From NCBI GenBank assembly GCA_017473865.1, contig JAFUJB010000016.1, positions 240,917 through 304,916 of the forward strand: a stretch of DNA of 64,000 nucleotides, written 5' to 3'. The notes beneath the pieces were generated by a model. That model had not been told where the DNA came from. It did no database searches and was given only the letters and a program-made list of their open reading frames with translations. The position numbers were made by a program, and so were the translations under genes. The stretch comes from Clostridia bacterium (lineage in GTDB: Bacteria > Bacillota > Clostridia > Oscillospirales > CAG-272). This document shows, one piece after another, positions 52,936 through 62,353 of the stretch (the first letter of the stretch is position 1; every line of letters begins with the position of its first letter).

Positions 52936-53727
52936 GTGGATAATCTGATTGAAAATATCAAGAAGAATTGGCTGAAATGGGAAAGCTTACCCTTTGTTTT
53001 TGCCATTATTCTTATGTTTTATATAGGCATTGCATCCGAAGTAAACGACTGGACGGGCATCAATATGGGCGGCAAAGAATATTTTCTCTTGTCAATTCCT
53101 TTTCTCGTTTTGTTTTTGCTTTACGTTGTGTGGTGTGTTATACACATAACCAAAGAAAAGAAAAATGCTACTGCTGTAGAATGTACTGAAGAGCAGGCGA
53201 AAAGCAAAAAAACAAAAAAGACTATCTGGCTTGTATCGGGTGTATGCGCTGCGGTATTGGCGATAGCGCTCCTTATTCTGTTTCTCATATCGGGCAATAA
53301 CGGTGCTGACCGTGACGGAAAATACGTTATCTGGGCAGACGAATACCATATTGCATTAACTCCCGAGGTTCATAAATCGTATTATCTTTCGGGGTGCGCT
53401 GTAGGTGTCAAGGGCGGCAAATTGACCGACTATCCCAAACAGTGCGTGTTTGAACTCGATTTTAAGGATGACGATACTTTCACAATTACCTGTAACGGCA
53501 AGTTTTTGGGCGTAACGCCCGACAAAAACGGTGTAGGTTATTCAGCGTCCTGCACCAGCATTACGTGGGAGCTTGAAGAGGTTGAAGAGGGATTGTATTA
53601 CATTCGTAACGTCGACGAAAACACCTATTTAAAGTGGTATGATCCAATGCAAAACTGGACTACACATCACGAAATTTCCGATGAATACCAAAGTCAATAT
53701 TTATTACGATTGGAAAAAGTAAATTAA
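52936..53727 (+). CDS. Hypothetical membrane-anchored protein with an extracytoplasmic domain
   Basis: Two N-terminal TM helices, a third TM helix, then a ~150-aa soluble domain. No motif recognised. Confidence 0.4.
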   Translation: MDNLIENIKKNWLKWESLPFVFAIILMFYIGIASEVNDWTGINMGGKEYFLLSIPFLVLFLLYVVWCVIHITKEKKNATAVECTEEQAKSKKTKKTIWLVSGVCAAVLAIALLILFLISGNNGADRDGKYVIWADEYHIALTPEVHKSYYLSGCAVGVKGGKLTDYPKQCVFELDFKDDDTFTITCNGKFLGVTPDKNGVGYSASCTSITWELEEVEEGLYYIRNVDENTYLKWYDPMQNWTTHHEISDEYQSQYLLRLEKVN

Positions 53728-53730
53728 AAT

Positions 53731-53766
53731 ACGTTGTGTGGGCAAAGCCCACACAACGTATTTTTA
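53731..53766 (+). terminator. Terminator hairpin of the GTGTGGGC-N5-GCCCACAC family
   Basis: ACGTTGTGTGGG-caaag-CCCACACAACGT followed by ATTTTT. A second related hairpin (GGTATGTGGGCgaatCCCACATACC followed by ATCTTTTTG) lies at 53796-53835. Confidence 0.65.
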
Positions 53767-53902
53767 CAATATAGGCCGTATGGCTCTTTTTGAATACAGT
53801 AGATGGTATGTGGGCGAATCCCACATACCATCTTTTTGTACACATGCTCTTGACAAAATCAATACCTCGTGATATGATGTATTACACGAAGGGAGGTATT
53901 AT

Positions 53903-54229
53903 ATGGATATACAGTTGAAACGAGGGCTTTTGGACGTATGCGTTTTGGCGGCAATCAAGGATGAGGACTCGTATGGATATAAAATAATTAAGGATATGAA
54001 GCCATATATCGAGCTTTCCGAGTCGACTTTGTATACGATTCTGAAGCGTCTGGAAAATGCAAATATGCTTACTGTCCGTACAGCCGAACATAACGGACGT
54101 TTACGTAAGTATTACCGAATTACGCAAGAGGGAACAAAGCGTATAGAGGAATTTAAGCAAGAGTGGAATGAAATTATGTCTATATATAAATTCGTAACAA
54201 AGGAGGATGACGGTGATGACAAAGCTTGA
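53903..54229 (+). CDS. PadR-family transcriptional regulator
   Basis: LKRGLLDVCVLAAIKDEDSYGYKIIKDMKPYIELSESTLYTILKRLE. 108 aa. Confidence 0.85.
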   Translation: MDIQLKRGLLDVCVLAAIKDEDSYGYKIIKDMKPYIELSESTLYTILKRLENANMLTVRTAEHNGRLRKYYRITQEGTKRIEEFKQEWNEIMSIYKFVTKEDDGDDKA

Positions 54230-54818
54230 GTTTCTTTTTCGTTTGGAGCAGGGCTTAGCGGGACTGCCGAAAGAGGATATAAAAGAGCGCATAAATTTCT
54301 ATGGTGAAATGATTGACGACCGCATCGAAGAGGGACTTTCGGAAGAAGATGCAGTGAGTGAAGTAGGCGAAGCCGACGAAATAATCTCGCAGATAATAAA
54401 TGACACCCCTCTGACAAAGATCGTCAAAGAAAAGATAAAACCGAAAAGAAGACCGAGCGCTTTAGAAATAGTGCTTTTGATTCTCGGTTCGCCTATTTGG
54501 CTTTCTCTTTTGATAGCATTTTTTGCCGTAATAATATCGCTTTACGCTTCGCTGTGGTCGATAATAATCTCTCTTTGGGCTGTATTTGCTTCATTTGCGG
54601 GGTGTGCATTGGGAGCAGTAATTTCGGGTGCGATCTTTGCTTGTTTTGGCAACGGTTTAATTGGTGTAGCTACGGTAGGAGCAGGTATTGTTCTATTCGG
54701 CTTGTCTGTTTTACTGTTTTTTGGTTGTAAAGCGGCGACAAAGGGAATTATACTGCTTACGAAAGCAATGCTTTTGGGTATTAAGAAATGCTTTGTAAAA
54801 AAGGGGGATGCAAAATGA
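54207..54818 (+). CDS. DUF1700-family membrane protein (PadR-associated)
   Basis: N-terminal MTKLEFLFRLEQGLAGLPKEDIKERINFYGEMIDDRIEEGLSEEDAV is typical of DUF1700. C-terminal TM helices. Overlaps the PadR stop codon. Confidence 0.7.
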   Translation: MTVMTKLEFLFRLEQGLAGLPKEDIKERINFYGEMIDDRIEEGLSEEDAVSEVGEADEIISQIINDTPLTKIVKEKIKPKRRPSALEIVLLILGSPIWLSLLIAFFAVIISLYASLWSIIISLWAVFASFAGCALGAVISGAIFACFGNGLIGVATVGAGIVLFGLSVLLFFGCKAATKGIILLTKAMLLGIKKCFVKKGDAK

Positions 54819-55783
54819 GTAAGAATACAAAAATATGGCTTGCCGTTGCAATTTCCTTGATTTTGATTGGTATTATGCTTTTTGGAGGTGTAATGATGTC
54901 TTTGAATTGGAATTTTTCGAAGCTGTCCACTGTAAAATACGTTACAAATACGCATCAGATTGGCGAGGATTTTGACGATATATTGATTGATACCGGCTGG
55001 GCAAAAATAGAGTTTGTTCTGTCGGAGGACGGTCTATGCAAGGTGGTTTGCCACGAGAGAGAAAACTTAAAAAATAATGTAAGTGTTAAAGACGGCGTTC
55101 TTTCCGTTACCGTTCAGGACCAAAGAAAATGGTATGAACATATCAGCATAATGGACTTTGACTCACCCAAGATAACGGTATATCTGCCAAAATCGGAGTA
55201 TGGCTCACTTTCAGTAAAGGGAAGTACGGGAGACATTATCGTTCCTGCAGACTTTAATTTTGAAAATGCCGATATCAAAACAAGCACGGGCGACGTCAGT
55301 ATGTATGCTTCTTCAAAGGGTAATATTGAAATAAAGACCACTACAGGCGATATCAAGACGGAAAAAATAACGGCAAAGACGGTTAGCCTTTCAGTTACAA
55401 CGGGTCATATAAATGCATCTTTGATTGAGTGCGAGGGAGACTTCAGTGTAAAGGTCAGCACGGGGAAAACCGCTTTAACAGACGTAAAATGCCATAACCT
55501 GACCACAAGCGGCAGTACGGGTGATACCGTGTTGAAAAACGTTATTGTAACGGGAAAATTGTATGCAAAAAGAAGTACGGGCGATGTAAAGCTCGAAAAA
55601 TGCGACGCGGGCGAGATATTTATCGAGACCGATACGGGTAGCGTTAAGGGAAGTTTGCTTTCCGAAAAGGTGTTTATTGTTGAGACCGATACGGGCAGTA
55701 TCAACGTTCCGAAGACGTCAAAAGGCGGCAGATGCGAGATTTCTACCGATACAGGCGACATAAAGATAAGCATAGTTAAATAA
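54815..55783 (+). CDS. DUF4097/DUF4098 beta-helix repeat (putative adhesin-like) protein, YvlB-like
   Basis: N-terminal TM segment, then eight STGD/TTGD/DTGS repeats spaced ~20 aa apart. Start at the ATG at 54815 after a GGGGGA RBS. Confidence 0.7.
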   Translation: MSKNTKIWLAVAISLILIGIMLFGGVMMSLNWNFSKLSTVKYVTNTHQIGEDFDDILIDTGWAKIEFVLSEDGLCKVVCHERENLKNNVSVKDGVLSVTVQDQRKWYEHISIMDFDSPKITVYLPKSEYGSLSVKGSTGDIIVPADFNFENADIKTSTGDVSMYASSKGNIEIKTTTGDIKTEKITAKTVSLSVTTGHINASLIECEGDFSVKVSTGKTALTDVKCHNLTTSGSTGDTVLKNVIVTGKLYAKRSTGDVKLEKCDAGEIFIETDTGSVKGSLLSEKVFIVETDTGSINVPKTSKGGRCEISTDTGDIKISIVK

Positions 55784-55864
55784 AATGGCATAGGGATTGC
55801 CCCTATGCCGCGTCTTGCAGACAAAATGGCAGTATGGGGGCTATGCCCTCATACTGCCATTTTT

Positions 55865-56446
55865 TTAGAAAAGACTTGTAATAAATATTTCAAGACCGAT
55901 GAAGATAAGTATCAAGCCTCCGAATATACCCGCTTTGCCTGCCAGCTTCGTTCCTGCTTTTTTGCCGATGTAAATACCTGCATAGCAGATGAAGAACGTT
56001 ACTATACCAATCAAAAGGCAAGAAACAAGAGCTTGAATAAGATTATACGAAGCGATGGTAAAGCCTACCGAGAGTGCGTCTATCGACGTTGCGACACCCT
56101 GTATAATAAGAGATGAAAAAGTAAGTTTGGAGTGCTCACCGTCGCATTCATGACCTTTCATACCCTCAACCAGCATATTAGCTCCGATATATCCCAGTAA
56201 GCCTAATGCGATCCAAGGAATAAATTTTTCAAAAGCTTTGAAATGCTGAGCGATGGTCGAAACGCATATCCAGCCGATCATAGGCATAGCAAACTGAAAA
56301 AACGAGAAGATACCCGCAATCTCTACTACCTTTGTTTTCTTCATACACGGCTCGTTAAGTCCGTTTGCGAGAGAGACTGAAAAAGCGTCCATTGCAAGTC
56401 CGATGCCGAGAAGTATGCTGTTGAAGAAAAATGAAAAATCAAACAT
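55865..56446 (-). CDS. mntP: Manganese efflux pump MntP
   Basis: MFDFSFFFNSILLGIGLAMDAFSVSLANG is a DUF204/MntP repeat. Start at the internal ATG (56446), which has a GGAGG RBS 6 nt upstream. The longer ORF-track start would abut the riboswitch. Confidence 0.85.
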   Translation of the reverse strand: MFDFSFFFNSILLGIGLAMDAFSVSLANGLNEPCMKKTKVVEIAGIFSFFQFAMPMIGWICVSTIAQHFKAFEKFIPWIALGLLGYIGANMLVEGMKGHECDGEHSKLTFSSLIIQGVATSIDALSVGFTIASYNLIQALVSCLLIGIVTFFICYAGIYIGKKAGTKLAGKAGIFGGLILIFIGLEIFITSLF

Positions 56447-56489
56447 ATATTCCTCCGGATAATAAAAAATACCAAGCAAGGCCATGCGC

Positions 56490-56635
56490 CATACTTGGTG
56501 TCAAAGGATACAAAGACTCCATGCACGGCAAATGCCACTACATGAGTCTCGCAATTTAAAACAAGCCAGACCAAAGGTCAGTATGTTGACTTGCTACGAA
56601 CTATTCGCTTGCTACTCCCTCATTGCCTTTACATT
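56490..56635 (-). promoter_or_regulatory. yybP-ykoY manganese riboswitch in the mntP leader
   Basis: The minus strand reads AAAGGCAAUGAGGGAGUAGCAAGCGAAUAG…AAGUCAACAUACUGACC…UGCGAGACUCAUGUAGUGGCAUUUGCCGUGCAUGGAGUCUUUGUAUCCUUUGACACCAAG. Contains the conserved GGGAGUAG, CAACAUAC and CUUUGACACCAAG-type elements. Sits directly 5' of mntP. Confidence 0.8.
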
Positions 56636-56871
56636 ATACCATAGATTTATAAAAAATCAAGTGTGAAAGCCGATAATATAATTAGTATGCAGATTGTTTT
56701 GTGTTATATATATGCAAGAGGGGACAGAGGTAGTCCGCATGTGAGTTCTGTTATCTTGACTCGGAAGAAAATGTGGATACGGGCGAGCCCGTACCCACGT
56801 TCTCTTGTCTTGACTCAAAGAATATAATGTGCTATAATACAGTATACTGTAAATCAGAGGTGAATGGTATA

Positions 56872-57642
56872 ATGAAAAAAACTGATCCGATTGCCGTCTT
56901 TGACTCAGGTGTCGGCGGTATAAGCGTTCTCAAAGAGCTGCTTGCTCTTTTGCCGAACGAAAACTTTATATACTACGGTGACTCGATAAATGCTCCTTAC
57001 GGTACGAAGAGCGCCGAGGAAATAAAAGAACTTACGAAAAAGAATGCGGAAATATTGCTTGAAAAGGGCGCTAAGGCAATCGTAATTGCCTGTAATACCG
57101 CAACAAGTGTAGCGGCTCAGTCTCTTCGCGAGACCTACCCCGATATACCCATAATCGGTATTGAGCCTGCGGTAAAGCCTGCCGTTTTATACAAGATTCA
57201 CCCGACGGTAATCGTTATGGCAACTCCGCTTACTCTTTCACAGGATAAATTTGACGAGCTTGCGCGTAGGTACGATGACGCGGCTAATATAATAGCACTC
57301 CCTTGTCCCGAGCTTGTAAAGCTTATTGAAAGAGGAATTGTTGAGGGCCCGGAGCTTGACGCGCATCTTGCCCAGCTTTTTGCTCCGTTCAGATATCTCA
57401 AAGTCGACTCTGTTGTTCTCGGATGTACACATTATCCGCACATAAAAGAGGCTGTCAGCAAGGCTTTTGATCACAAAGTAGTAATTTTTGACGGCGGAAG
57501 CGGAACGGCAAGAGAAACGAGAAGGAAGCTTGAAAACATCGGAATGCTCAACGACCAGACACAGAAGGGCGAGCTTCATATAATCAATACCCTCGGAACG
57601 AAAGAAATTATGGATCTGACTTATTTTCTGCTTAACAGATAA
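56872..57642 (+). CDS. murI: Glutamate racemase
   Basis: IAVFDSGVGGISVLKEL…IVIACNTAT…VLGCTHYP. Start at the ATG at 56872. The GTG-start extension at 56773 is rejected. Promoter TTGACT-18-TATAAT at 56810-56839. Confidence 0.9.
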   Translation: MKKTDPIAVFDSGVGGISVLKELLALLPNENFIYYGDSINAPYGTKSAEEIKELTKKNAEILLEKGAKAIVIACNTATSVAAQSLRETYPDIPIIGIEPAVKPAVLYKIHPTVIVMATPLTLSQDKFDELARRYDDAANIIALPCPELVKLIERGIVEGPELDAHLAQLFAPFRYLKVDSVVLGCTHYPHIKEAVSKAFDHKVVIFDGGSGTARETRRKLENIGMLNDQTQKGELHIINTLGTKEIMDLTYFLLNR

Positions 57643-57645
57643 AAA

Positions 57646-57680
57646 CAGAGTGTGTGGGCGAAGTCCACACACTCTGTTTT
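57646..57680 (+). terminator. Terminator hairpin (GTGTGGGC family) after murI
   Basis: CAGAGTGTGTGGG-cgaag-TCCACACACTCTG followed by TTTTG. Two further perfect palindromes follow: GTACGCGgctaataCGCGTAC, and ATTGCTGTATACGCGCtttgCGCGTATACAGCAAT (57732-57768). Confidence 0.65.
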
Positions 57681-57783
57681 GTATTTAAAAATGAAAACTG
57701 TACGCGGCTAATACGCGTACCGTTTTTGTCGTTTTAAATAACATTGCTGTATACGCGCTTTGCGCGTATACAGCAATTATCAT

Positions 57784-57923
57784 CAATAATACTGAACGAG
57801 CTGGAATATCATAGCGAATACGCCGAGAAGCATAAGTCCGCCCATAACACCGCAGAGAATTCTGATGGCAAGCATATCTTTTTCGGCTTTTGTCATTTTT
57901 TTCTTCTTGTCTTTCTTTTCCAT
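57784..57923 (-). CDS. Small hydrophobic peptide (46 aa), hypothetical
   Basis: MEKKDKKKKMTKAEKDMLAIRILCGVMGGLMLLGVFAMIFQLVQYY. GAGGTG RBS 7 nt upstream. Not in the ORF track. A 16-bp perfect palindrome lies immediately downstream. Confidence 0.3.
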
Positions 57924-58028
57924 TTTTTTCACCTCTATTTAAAGTAGTATATTAAACGAACTTTACCATTGAAAAGTATTATATCACAAAAAGTGTAAAT
58001 ATACAATACTAAAATATTATTTTTTAAA

Positions 58029-60227
58029 TCAAAGTGAAGAGCCCGTTGCGGGAACTTTAATCTTTCTGCAGTTTTTGCCCGTCGGGTATTTTTCTTCATA
58101 GTCTCTTAACGCCGTAACGATCTTTTGCTTTGCCTTAAGGTTAAACAGTGAAGCACCTTGCGCTGAACGCGTTGTTTTTTCCGTAATTAGCTTCGTGCTG
58201 ATAGAAATTGCCTTATTGTTGTCGGCAATAATCAGTATGTCAAAAGGCTCTGCTCCGTGGAATACTGCTACAATGGGGGATGCGGTCGAATATGCACCCG
58301 TAAGTCTTCTTCTGTTTGATTTTGTTTCGTAAGCGGTGGTGGGAACCTTTACGCCCTTGCCGTTTTCAAATATAAAGATGAATTTTTCGTTTTCTTTATA
58401 TTCATTGAGTACTTTCATATAGACTACTTTTTCGCCCTCGTCAAATCCGAGTTTTGCGGGGAGATAATCACCGAGAGAGGATGCCTTGTCGCAGTCGAAG
58501 TCTTTGACTTTCGCTTTGTACATCTGTCCCTTATCGGAGAAAAATACGACTTCGTCGGTGTTTGAAGCGCTCTCTTCAACTCTGATTTCGTCGCCGTCTT
58601 TAAGCTTTTGTTCGTCATTACCGCGCAAAGATACGAGGGTTATTTTCTTAAAGAAGCCGTCTCTTGTAAGAACGAGCTTGACGTTGTAGTTTTCAATGTA
58701 TTCTTCTTCTTTGTATTCGGATACGTCATAGTCATAAACGAGCTGAGTTTTTCTGGGTTGACCGAATTTTTCTTTTATCTCTTTAAGCTGTTTTGCGATA
58801 AGTGCTTTTAGCTTTGCTTCGCTTTCAATCGTACTCTTGAGTTCGGCAATCTCGTTCTGTAAAGACTCTATCTCTTTAACTCTGTTTATGATATATTCAA
58901 GGTTAAGATTACGGAGCTTGATGTCCGCTATATAATTCGCCTGAACCTCGTCGATGTCAAATCCTGACATAAGGTTGGGGATTACGTCTTTTTCGTTCTT
59001 TGTTTCTCTGATTATCTGAATTGCCTTGTCAATGTCAAGAATAATTTTACCGAGACCGAGGAGCAGGTGGAGTTTCTCGCTTTTTTTGTCGTGTTCGAAC
59101 TGTAATTCTCTCTTGACACAGCCCATTCTGAATTTGATCCACTCGGACAGAAGCTCGATTACGCCCATCTGACGCGGTACGAGGTCAACGAGTACGTTGA
59201 AGTTACAGCTGAAATTGTCTTCGAGGGGAGTCAGCTTGTAGAGCTTAACCATAAGCTTGTCGGGGTCGGTGCCTCTGCGAAGGTCAATGGTGAGCTTAAA
59301 ACCGTGAAGGTCTATTTCGTCTCGGAAGTCGGTAACTTCTTTAAGTTTGCCTTCTTTGACAAGGTCGGTCATACGCTTCATTATTGCCTCAATTGACGTT
59401 GAATAGGGAATTTCGATTACGTCAATGCAGTTAGCTTCCTTGTCGTATTTATACCTTGCGCGGAGCTTAATGCTTCCTGCGCCCGTTTCGTATATTTCGC
59501 GCATTTGCTCGCGGTTATATATGATCGACGCACCGCCGGGGAAATCGGGGGCTTTGACTATATCGAGCATCTTTTCAATATCGGTTTTGGGATTCTTAAG
59601 GAGCTGGATGGTTCCGTCGCATATCTCGTTAAGATTAAAAGAGCATATCGAGCTTGCCATACCGACGGCAACGCCCATATTTGGGGAAACGAGTATGTTC
59701 GGGAAGGCTGTAGGAAGTAATATAGGCTCGGTCATCGAGTTGTCGTAGTTGGGAATAAATTCAACTGCGTTTTTGTCAATGCCTCTGAATATCTCCGAGC
59801 AAATGGGATCAAGCTTAGCCTCGGTATAGCGGGCTGCCGCATAAGCCATATCGCGGCTGTAATGCTTACCGAAAGAACCCTTGGAATCGACAAAGGGGTG
59901 AAGAAGCGCCTCGTTACCCTTTGTGAGACGTACCATCGTTTCATAGATTGAAGCGTCGCCGTGAGGGTTAAGCTTCATCGTCTGACCGACGATGTTCGCG
60001 CTCTTCGTTCTGTTACCCGTCATAAGACCCATTTTATACATAGTATAGAGCAGCTTGCGGTGAGAGGGCTTGAAGCCGTCAATTTCCGGAATAGCTCTCG
60101 AAATGATAACGCTCATCGCATAGGGCATATAGTTTTTCTCGATAGTTTCTGTTATGGGCTGGAGCATAGGCTCAGCTTCAGGGAGTATTTCTTCAATCGT
60201 GGTAGTACTTGTTCTTTTTCTCGCCAT
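58029..60227 (-). CDS. DNA topoisomerase (ATP-hydrolysing) subunit A, GyrA/ParC family. ParC-like (topoisomerase IV subunit A).
   Basis: N-terminal …YAMSVIISRAIPEIDGFKPSHRKLLYTMY…, where the active-site Tyr is in the conserved AAARYTE block. 732 aa, with no GyrA-box-bearing long C-terminal domain. No adjacent B-subunit gene in the window. Confidence 0.8.
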   Translation of the reverse strand: MARKRTSTTTIEEILPEAEPMLQPITETIEKNYMPYAMSVIISRAIPEIDGFKPSHRKLLYTMYKMGLMTGNRTKSANIVGQTMKLNPHGDASIYETMVRLTKGNEALLHPFVDSKGSFGKHYSRDMAYAAARYTEAKLDPICSEIFRGIDKNAVEFIPNYDNSMTEPILLPTAFPNILVSPNMGVAVGMASSICSFNLNEICDGTIQLLKNPKTDIEKMLDIVKAPDFPGGASIIYNREQMREIYETGAGSIKLRARYKYDKEANCIDVIEIPYSTSIEAIMKRMTDLVKEGKLKEVTDFRDEIDLHGFKLTIDLRRGTDPDKLMVKLYKLTPLEDNFSCNFNVLVDLVPRQMGVIELLSEWIKFRMGCVKRELQFEHDKKSEKLHLLLGLGKIILDIDKAIQIIRETKNEKDVIPNLMSGFDIDEVQANYIADIKLRNLNLEYIINRVKEIESLQNEIAELKSTIESEAKLKALIAKQLKEIKEKFGQPRKTQLVYDYDVSEYKEEEYIENYNVKLVLTRDGFFKKITLVSLRGNDEQKLKDGDEIRVEESASNTDEVVFFSDKGQMYKAKVKDFDCDKASSLGDYLPAKLGFDEGEKVVYMKVLNEYKENEKFIFIFENGKGVKVPTTAYETKSNRRRLTGAYSTASPIVAVFHGAEPFDILIIADNNKAISISTKLITEKTTRSAQGASLFNLKAKQKIVTALRDYEEKYPTGKNCRKIKVPATGSSL

Positions 60228-60249
60228 TTATCGTTTACTCCTAAAAATA

Positions 60250-61269
60250 TTATACGTTTATTATCTCAAATCCTGCGGCGCGTATAAGTCTGTTGTATAC
60301 CGCAAGCCCCACGCCGTTTTCCGAGGGGACGCGGGCATAGATTTTGTCAACAGACATAACGTCAAAGCAACGCAGTTTCTGAAAAAGCTCGTGCGCCTGT
60401 GTGTCTTCATCGTCGTGTTTGCCAAAGGTTAATGCGTTATTTGGCAATATCCTAGGCTTGTCCTCGTCAAAGCATAGTATACCGCAGTTTTCACACTGTT
60501 GCTTGTTTCTGAAAAATTCGATTACCTTTTCATCTTCGCCGTATACGAGCACAACGGGAGATTTGGGGGCATAGTGCCTGTATTTCATACCAGGACTTGC
60601 GGGTTTTGCATCTACGCATTGGTTTTTTACGGCTTGATTAACCGTTATATACGGAATAATCTCTCTAAGGTCCTCGTATGTAATCTTTCCGGGACGGAGA
60701 ATTTCCGCGCCATCGCCTTTAAGTATAATAACAGTTGATTCAAGACCTACCGTACAGGGACCGCCGTCAAGGATGGCGTCGACTCTGCCGTACATATCCG
60801 TTACGACGTGATCAAACGTCGTGGGGCTCGGTTTGCCCGAAAGATTGGCTGAGGGCGCCGCTATCGGACAGCCCGATTTTTCAATAAGCTTGTGCGCAAT
60901 CTCGTTTGATGGAACGCGCAATGCTACTGTGTCAAGTCCGCAGGTTACTTCAAGGGGAACGATGTCTTTTTTTGGCATAATGACTGTTAAAGGTCCGGGC
61001 ATAAACTTTTCGGCAAGCTTGTAAAACAGAGGGGAAGTGTAAGCATATTTTTCCGCGTCCTCCGCCTTTGCAAGATGTACGATCAAGGGATTGTCCATCG
61101 GTCTGCCTTTTGCCTTATATACGTTTGTAACGGCTGTCTTGTTCAATGCGTCAGCGCCCAGCCCGTACACCGTCTCGGTGGGCATAACGACAAGTCCGCC
61201 GTTTTTTATTATAGCAGCGGCTTTTTCTATATTTTCTTCTGTCGGATCTTGCAGTAAAAGTGTGTGCAT
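60250..61269 (-). CDS. L-threonylcarbamoyladenylate synthase (Sua5/TsaC family, with a Sua5 C-terminal domain)
   Basis: GGLVVMPTETVYGLGADA (YrdC motif). 339 aa. Confidence 0.8.
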   Translation of the reverse strand: MHTLLLQDPTEENIEKAAAIIKNGGLVVMPTETVYGLGADALNKTAVTNVYKAKGRPMDNPLIVHLAKAEDAEKYAYTSPLFYKLAEKFMPGPLTVIMPKKDIVPLEVTCGLDTVALRVPSNEIAHKLIEKSGCPIAAPSANLSGKPSPTTFDHVVTDMYGRVDAILDGGPCTVGLESTVIILKGDGAEILRPGKITYEDLREIIPYITVNQAVKNQCVDAKPASPGMKYRHYAPKSPVVLVYGEDEKVIEFFRNKQQCENCGILCFDEDKPRILPNNALTFGKHDDEDTQAHELFQKLRCFDVMSVDKIYARVPSENGVGLAVYNRLIRAAGFEIINV

Positions 61270-61282
61270 TTTTATTGTTCCT

Positions 61283-62347
61283 TTATGCGTTTTTAAGTCT
61301 TTCTGCAGTGTCGGCGGTTATAAGCGCGTCGATCATTTCGTTTATGTTTCCGTTAAGGAAGTTTTCCATTGAGAAAATGGAAAGCCCGATTCTGTGGTCG
61401 GTAATTCTGCCCTGCTGGTAGTTATACGTTCTGATTTTTTCGCTACGGTCGCCCGTACCTACCATACTTTTACGCGCAGATGCAATTTTTTCGTTTTGCT
61501 CTGACTGCTTCATATCAAAAAGCTTGGTGCGAAGCAATTTCATCGCCTTGTCTCTGTTTTTGAACTGTGAGCGTTCTTCCTGACATTCAATAACGATGCC
61601 CGTCGGAATGTGTGTAAGTCTGACCGCCGACTCGGTTTTGTTTACGTGCTGACCGCCCGCACCCGAGCTTTTGCACGATTCGATCTTTAAGTCAGAGGGG
61701 TTAATATCAACTTCAACCTCTTCAGCTTCGGGAAGGACTGCAACGGTTACGGTCGACGTGTGTATTCTGCCCGACGTTTCGGTTTCGGGAACACGCTGTA
61801 CGCGGTGAACTCCGCTTTCAAATTTCAGCTTGCTGAACGCACCCTCGCCCTCAATCATAAACGATATTTCTCTGAATCCGCCAAGACCCGTTTCGTTTGA
61901 ACTTATTGTTTCTGTCTTGAATCCCGCGCTTTCTGCGTACATAGAATACATACGGTAAAGAACACCGGCAAAGAGGGCAGCCTCTTCGCCTCCCGCTCCG
62001 GCTCTTATTTCAACGATTACGTTTTTATCATCGTCGGGGTCGCGGGGGAGAAGCAATATTTTAAGCTCTTCCGTGCATCTCTGCATATCAAGCTTACCCT
62101 GCTTGTACTCTTCTTCACACATAGCCTTAAAGTCTGCATCAAGCTGTTCTTTCATCATTTCTTCGCTTTCAAGAACAGCGCTTTCCGCTTTTTTGTATTC
62201 TCTGAATTTTTCAACTATGGGAGAAAGAGTCTTGTGCTCTTTCATAAGTTTTTTGTATTCTTCCTGATTTGATACTACTTCCGGTTTTTCAAGATCGGAA
62301 AGGATTTTTTCGTATTTTATTTCAATTTGTTCAAGTTTTGCGATCAT
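61283..62347 (-). CDS. prfA: Peptide chain release factor 1
   Basis: GGQHVNKTESAVRLTHIPTGIV (GGQ). RF1-type P-x-T tripeptide region RVPETETSGRIHTS. 354 aa. Confidence 0.9.
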   Translation of the reverse strand: MIAKLEQIEIKYEKILSDLEKPEVVSNQEEYKKLMKEHKTLSPIVEKFREYKKAESAVLESEEMMKEQLDADFKAMCEEEYKQGKLDMQRCTEELKILLLPRDPDDDKNVIVEIRAGAGGEEAALFAGVLYRMYSMYAESAGFKTETISSNETGLGGFREISFMIEGEGAFSKLKFESGVHRVQRVPETETSGRIHTSTVTVAVLPEAEEVEVDINPSDLKIESCKSSGAGGQHVNKTESAVRLTHIPTGIVIECQEERSQFKNRDKAMKLLRTKLFDMKQSEQNEKIASARKSMVGTGDRSEKIRTYNYQQGRITDHRIGLSIFSMENFLNGNINEMIDALITADTAERLKNA

Positions 62348-62353
62348 TTTTAA

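Noticed and set aside
56447-56485. Longer mntP start (M1 of the track ORF)
   Set aside because: That start codon would lie ~5 nt from the end of the Mn-riboswitch aptamer with no Shine-Dalgarno sequence. The internal ATG has a GGAGG RBS.
56773-56871. GTG-initiated 5' extension of murI in the ORF track
   Set aside because: The extension overlaps the duplicated promoter/hairpin region and lacks an RBS. The ATG at 56872 follows GAGGTG and gives the conserved MurI N-terminus.
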